From Geopsychrobacteraceae bacterium (GTDB lineage: Bacteria; Desulfobacterota; Desulfuromonadia; Desulfuromonadales; Geopsychrobacteraceae): DNA of 64,000 nt. Shown piece by piece: positions 60,681-64,000 of the stretch. The stretch spans positions 2,016,001-2,080,000 of the forward strand of contig CAXXTB010000002.1 of assembly GCA_963676795.2 (NCBI GenBank). Reading direction: 5' to 3'. The position numbers and the translations under genes are program-made. Under the pieces are notes generated by a model, which ran no database searches, was not told the origin of the DNA, and was given only the letters and a program-made list of their open reading frames with translations. Every line of letters begins with the position of its first letter. Position 1 is the stretch's first letter.

Positions 60681-62057
60681 CTATTTTTCCGTCTTCTTCA
60701 GATCTTCGACACTGTGAATCACATTTTTCGCGGTCTTCCCCGCGTACATGGCGCGGTCAGCCAGTTCCAGCAGCAGATCTTTTTCCGTCGCATCCGTCGG
60801 AAAGGTTGCAAAGCCAGCGGTAACAGTGACATAACAGGGCGTTCCCTGGTCGGCCAGGAAGGCATGCCCCTCGATCAGTTTGCGAATCCGCTCGGCTACA
60901 ATACGCGCGGTCGATTCATCCGTTTCAACCAGAACGGCGGCAAATTCATCACCACCGAAGCGAAACAGGGTATCGACATCCCGGACACAGCCACGCAGCA
61001 AACGACCAACCTCTTTGAGAGCGGTACTTCCTGCCAGGTGGCCGTGGGTATCGTTGATATCCTTGAAATGATCCAGGTCGAGGAACAGCAGTGAAAACTT
61101 CAGACGATACCGCTGCGAACGTTTCACTTCGTGATCCAGCGCGATCTGCATATAGCGATGATTATACAGACCGGTCAGGTCATCGGTATACATCAGCTCC
61201 TGGGCTTCCTGATAACGACAGGCGTTGGCAAAACCGACCGCTATCTGCTCACCCAGATAATGCAGGTCTGCGGATTCCGACTGCGGACCGCCAGAGGTAT
61301 CCTTGCCGCAGATCAGGACCCCCCCACGACAGAAACTATTCTCACCGAGCAACAGAACGCGAGCATTGACCTTCTGCTTGAGGACCCCTTCGAGATCATT
61401 CAAAGCACTCTCATTAAGAACAATGAAACCACGCCCCGCCAGCTTCCTCCGGGCAAGAACCTCAAGTGATTTATTGGCCCGCTCAAGAGAGATGTTTTTA
61501 CAGCCGAGCAGCTCTGGATTGGCCTCCCCTTTTTCCAGAAAAGCAAAACCACAAAAACCGTTCAACGACTTCAGAAGTGCATCCAGGGCCAGAGGCACCA
61601 GACGCTCCAGATCGATTTGCGTAGCAAGGTTCTGACAGAGCTGAAAGAGCTGGATCTGCTGGCGGAGATGAACATTTTCGGCGAGCAGACGGCGCTGTTC
61701 GAGACAGGCTTTAACCACATGCTGCAGCTGATCAGGATTGAAGGGCTTAACCAGGTAATCGCGGGCACCGGACTTGAGGGCTTCGATGGCGGACTCAAGG
61801 CTGGCATGGCTGGTGACCAGAATCACATCCGGCGGATTTTCAAGAGTGCGGGAGACCTTGAGAACCTGTAATCCGTCAGCACCCGGCATAACCATATCGG
61901 TCAGAACCAGGTCATAGCTGGCCTGGCGCATCCGTTCTATGGCTTCACTGCCGTTGATGCAGGTTTCTACGCCGAGACCGGCGGCCTCAAGCACCTCACA
62001 GTAGAGCTTGCGGAAGAAGCCGTCATCATCAGCAATCAGGATACGTGGTTCGGACAA
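60681..62057 (-). CDS. gacA: REC-GGDEF dinucleotide cyclase, Hypr type (probable cGAMP synthase)
   Basis: REC domain; NDTHGHLAGS (Ser in place of the canonical Asp), RDVD I-site, RFGGDEF; between comEC and hisS. Confidence 0.8.
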   Translation of the reverse strand: MSEPRILIADDDGFFRKLYCEVLEAAGLGVETCINGSEAIERMRQASYDLVLTDMVMPGADGLQVLKVSRTLENPPDVILVTSHASLESAIEALKSGARDYLVKPFNPDQLQHVVKACLEQRRLLAENVHLRQQIQLFQLCQNLATQIDLERLVPLALDALLKSLNGFCGFAFLEKGEANPELLGCKNISLERANKSLEVLARRKLAGRGFIVLNESALNDLEGVLKQKVNARVLLLGENSFCRGGVLICGKDTSGGPQSESADLHYLGEQIAVGFANACRYQEAQELMYTDDLTGLYNHRYMQIALDHEVKRSQRYRLKFSLLFLDLDHFKDINDTHGHLAGSTALKEVGRLLRGCVRDVDTLFRFGGDEFAAVLVETDESTARIVAERIRKLIEGHAFLADQGTPCYVTVTAGFATFPTDATEKDLLLELADRAMYAGKTAKNVIHSVEDLKKTEK

Positions 62058-62108
62058 ATTCTCAGCCTCCTGTAATCACCAACCCTTAACAGATTTTAAT
62101 AGCCAATG

Positions 62109-64000
62109 TCAACGGAAAAGCCCGGACTTCCAGGCCAACACCCGAGGATTTCCGGGCTCAAAACGGATCAGGACGGTCCCCTGAAGATCGGTCCGATGGA
62201 GCGGTATTTTTCGCTCGGCCATAAAAGCGACGAGTTGCGCCGCCGGAAGATGGTAGGAGTTCTGATAACCGACCGACACCAGACAGAGATCAGGGACCAG
62301 GCGGTCGACAAGCCGATCCGCCAGCGAGTGCCTGCTGCCGTGGTGAGGCAGCTTCAGAACCGTCACCGGTCCGGGGAAGTCGTGTTCCAGCATCTCTCTC
62401 ACCCCCTGGACACCCAGATCACCGGTCAACAGAATGCCCTGGTCCGCTGCAGCGCGATAATAGATCGCGATCGATGCGTCATTCTCAGTCTGCGGCCGTT
62501 CAAGCCGAAAACTGTAGAGCTGATCAAACCCCTCGATGTTCAGCCGCTGCCAGCCGGCAGGCACCCTGCACACCCGCAGGGTGCGCTTGTCAACAATCTG
62601 CTGCAACGCGGGGTGCAGCAGGTCATTACGATAGGCGTGATAAAAGGCTCCGATCGACATATGACCGAGCAGAAACGGCAGTCCTTTGCGATGATCCGGA
62701 TGATCATGGGTCAGCAGCACACCATCCAGACGGTCCACACCCAGCTCGGCCAGTGCCGGCGCAAGCAGACGCTCGCCGACATCAAAACGGTCACTGTAGA
62801 GCCCTCCCCCGTCAACCAGCAGGGTTTTTCCGGACGAATTTCTTAGCAGGAAAGAATCCCCCTGACCAACACTGAACATCGTCAGTTCGGGTCCTACCGA
62901 ACGCAGAGGCAGAACAAAGAAGAGCAACGCACTGACGAGGAGTACACAGCAAGGCCATCCTTTTGCCCGGCCCGGCAGACGAAAAACAAGAAAAACAGCG
63001 ATAACCATAACAGCGCAGGACAGGTACTGCAGACTGGCAAGAAAGACAGGTTCTCCGGCCAATAGCGGCCAGCCCTGAACCCTGACGCAGAGCTTCAGCA
63101 ACAAATCCAGCAGCGTACCGCAAAAACGAAGCATCAGCAGTGCCGGCGCAGGGGCGACAGAAAAGCACAGCAAACCGGCAAGGCCAACAGGCAGGGCAAT
63201 CAGCGTCACCAGAGGCACGGCCACCAGATTCAGGACGATGCCGCCCGGCGCCAGCATATGAAAATTCAGCAGCACCAGGGGCAGCGTCGCCAGACTCGCA
63301 GCGACGGAGACGAGCAGCAACTGAAGCGGATAACGCAGAAGCTTGTTCAGCGGAGAGGTCCAGCGCTCGATCGGCTGCTGCAGGAAGAGGATCCCTGCAG
63401 CACCGGCAAAGGACAGCTGCCAGCCTGCCTGCCAGAGCAGCAGCGGTTCAACCAGCAGGGAGAACAAAGCACAACAGGCCAGGACAATGAAGGGACGGAC
63501 ATAATAACGCAGCCAGAGCAGCAGCGCGCCAAGCAGGATGATCGAAAAGGCCCGGCGGGTGGCAAGGGCATCGCCGGTCAGAATCAGGTAGACAAAAAGC
63601 AGCGGGATCAGCAGCAAAGGCAGAACACGTTGCGCAGGTTGCCATAACATCAGGGCTGAACTCCTGCGATACAAAACGGAGAGCAGCAGATAACCAAACA
63701 GCGCAATCATCCCGAGATGCAGACCGGAGATAGCGTAGAGATGGCTGATACCACCAGCGGACAGAGCGCGCCGCTGCACATCGCCGATAACCTTCCCCTC
63801 ACCGAGCAGCAACGCCCTGACCAGGGGAGCCTGCGCTGCTGGCAGACCCTGGTCAACAGCCAGTGCGATCCCCTGTTTCCAGCGGAACAGAGCGCGCCCC
63901 AGGGTCCAGCGTCCAGGCTCTTCGATCTGCAGATCGGCATCCGACCTGACCCAGGCCGTCAGATCGATATCTTCCGCGGCAAGAAACCTCGGCCAGTTGA
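62109..64000 (-). CDS. comEC: DNA uptake protein ComEC/Rec2, 5' end outside the window
   Basis: HLYAISGLH, VGQGD, THDHPDH, PHHGS; frame stays open to the window edge. Confidence 0.93.
   Translation of the reverse strand, partial: NWPRFLAAEDIDLTAWVRSDADLQIEEPGRWTLGRALFRWKQGIALAVDQGLPAAQAPLVRALLLGEGKVIGDVQRRALSAGGISHLYAISGLHLGMIALFGYLLLSVLYRRSSALMLWQPAQRVLPLLLIPLLFVYLILTGDALATRRAFSIILLGALLLWLRYYVRPFIVLACCALFSLLVEPLLLWQAGWQLSFAGAAGILFLQQPIERWTSPLNKLLRYPLQLLLVSVAASLATLPLVLLNFHMLAPGGIVLNLVAVPLVTLIALPVGLAGLLCFSVAPAPALLMLRFCGTLLDLLLKLCVRVQGWPLLAGEPVFLASLQYLSCAVMVIAVFLVFRLPGRAKGWPCCVLLVSALLFFVLPLRSVGPELTMFSVGQGDSFLLRNSSGKTLLVDGGGLYSDRFDVGERLLAPALAELGVDRLDGVLLTHDHPDHRKGLPFLLGHMSIGAFYHAYRNDLLHPALQQIVDKRTLRVCRVPAGWQRLNIEGFDQLYSFRLERPQTENDASIAIYYRAAADQGILLTGDLGVQGVREMLEHDFPGPVTVLKLPHHGSRHSLADRLVDRLVPDLCLVSVGYQNSYHLPAAQLVAFMAERKIPLHRTDLQGTVLIRFEPGNPRVLAWKSGLFR

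Overview
Chromosomal segment of a Desulfuromonadia (Geobacter/Desulfuromonas-like) bacterium, inferred from gene content and order. It has three parts. (1) Left (742-9641): an AT-rich ~8.8 kb element integrated in tRNA-Leu(TAA) and bounded by a perfect 58-bp direct repeat. Its core is an unknown 296-aa protein, a Rep_trans-type rolling-circle initiator, an excisionase-like protein and a tyrosine integrase. It carries anti-phage cargo at both ends: an AvcD-type P-loop/dCTP deaminase with room upstream for an AvcI-like RNA, and a C5-MTase/REase pair. (2) Middle (~9.7-45.7 kb, minus strand): mqnA, accCB, pepP, mglC-like, aroB, then a contiguous type IVa pilus locus. The locus contains pilMNOPQ, pilD, an LtaS-like phosphotransferase, xapBCD-like ABC genes, a split short aromatic-rich pilin (pilA-N/pilA-C) with a sigma54 promoter and likely PilR sites, pilRS and pilCTB. 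After ribF come a fimU-pilVWX-pilY1-pilE cluster with a PA14-containing PilY1 and an unpaired sensor kinase. (3) Right: ferredoxin, small envelope genes, korDABC, mdh, icd, aspS, hisS, a Hypr-type GGDEF enzyme (probable 3',3'-cGAMP synthase GacA) and a partial comEC. All family calls come from motifs read by eye; no database searches were run.
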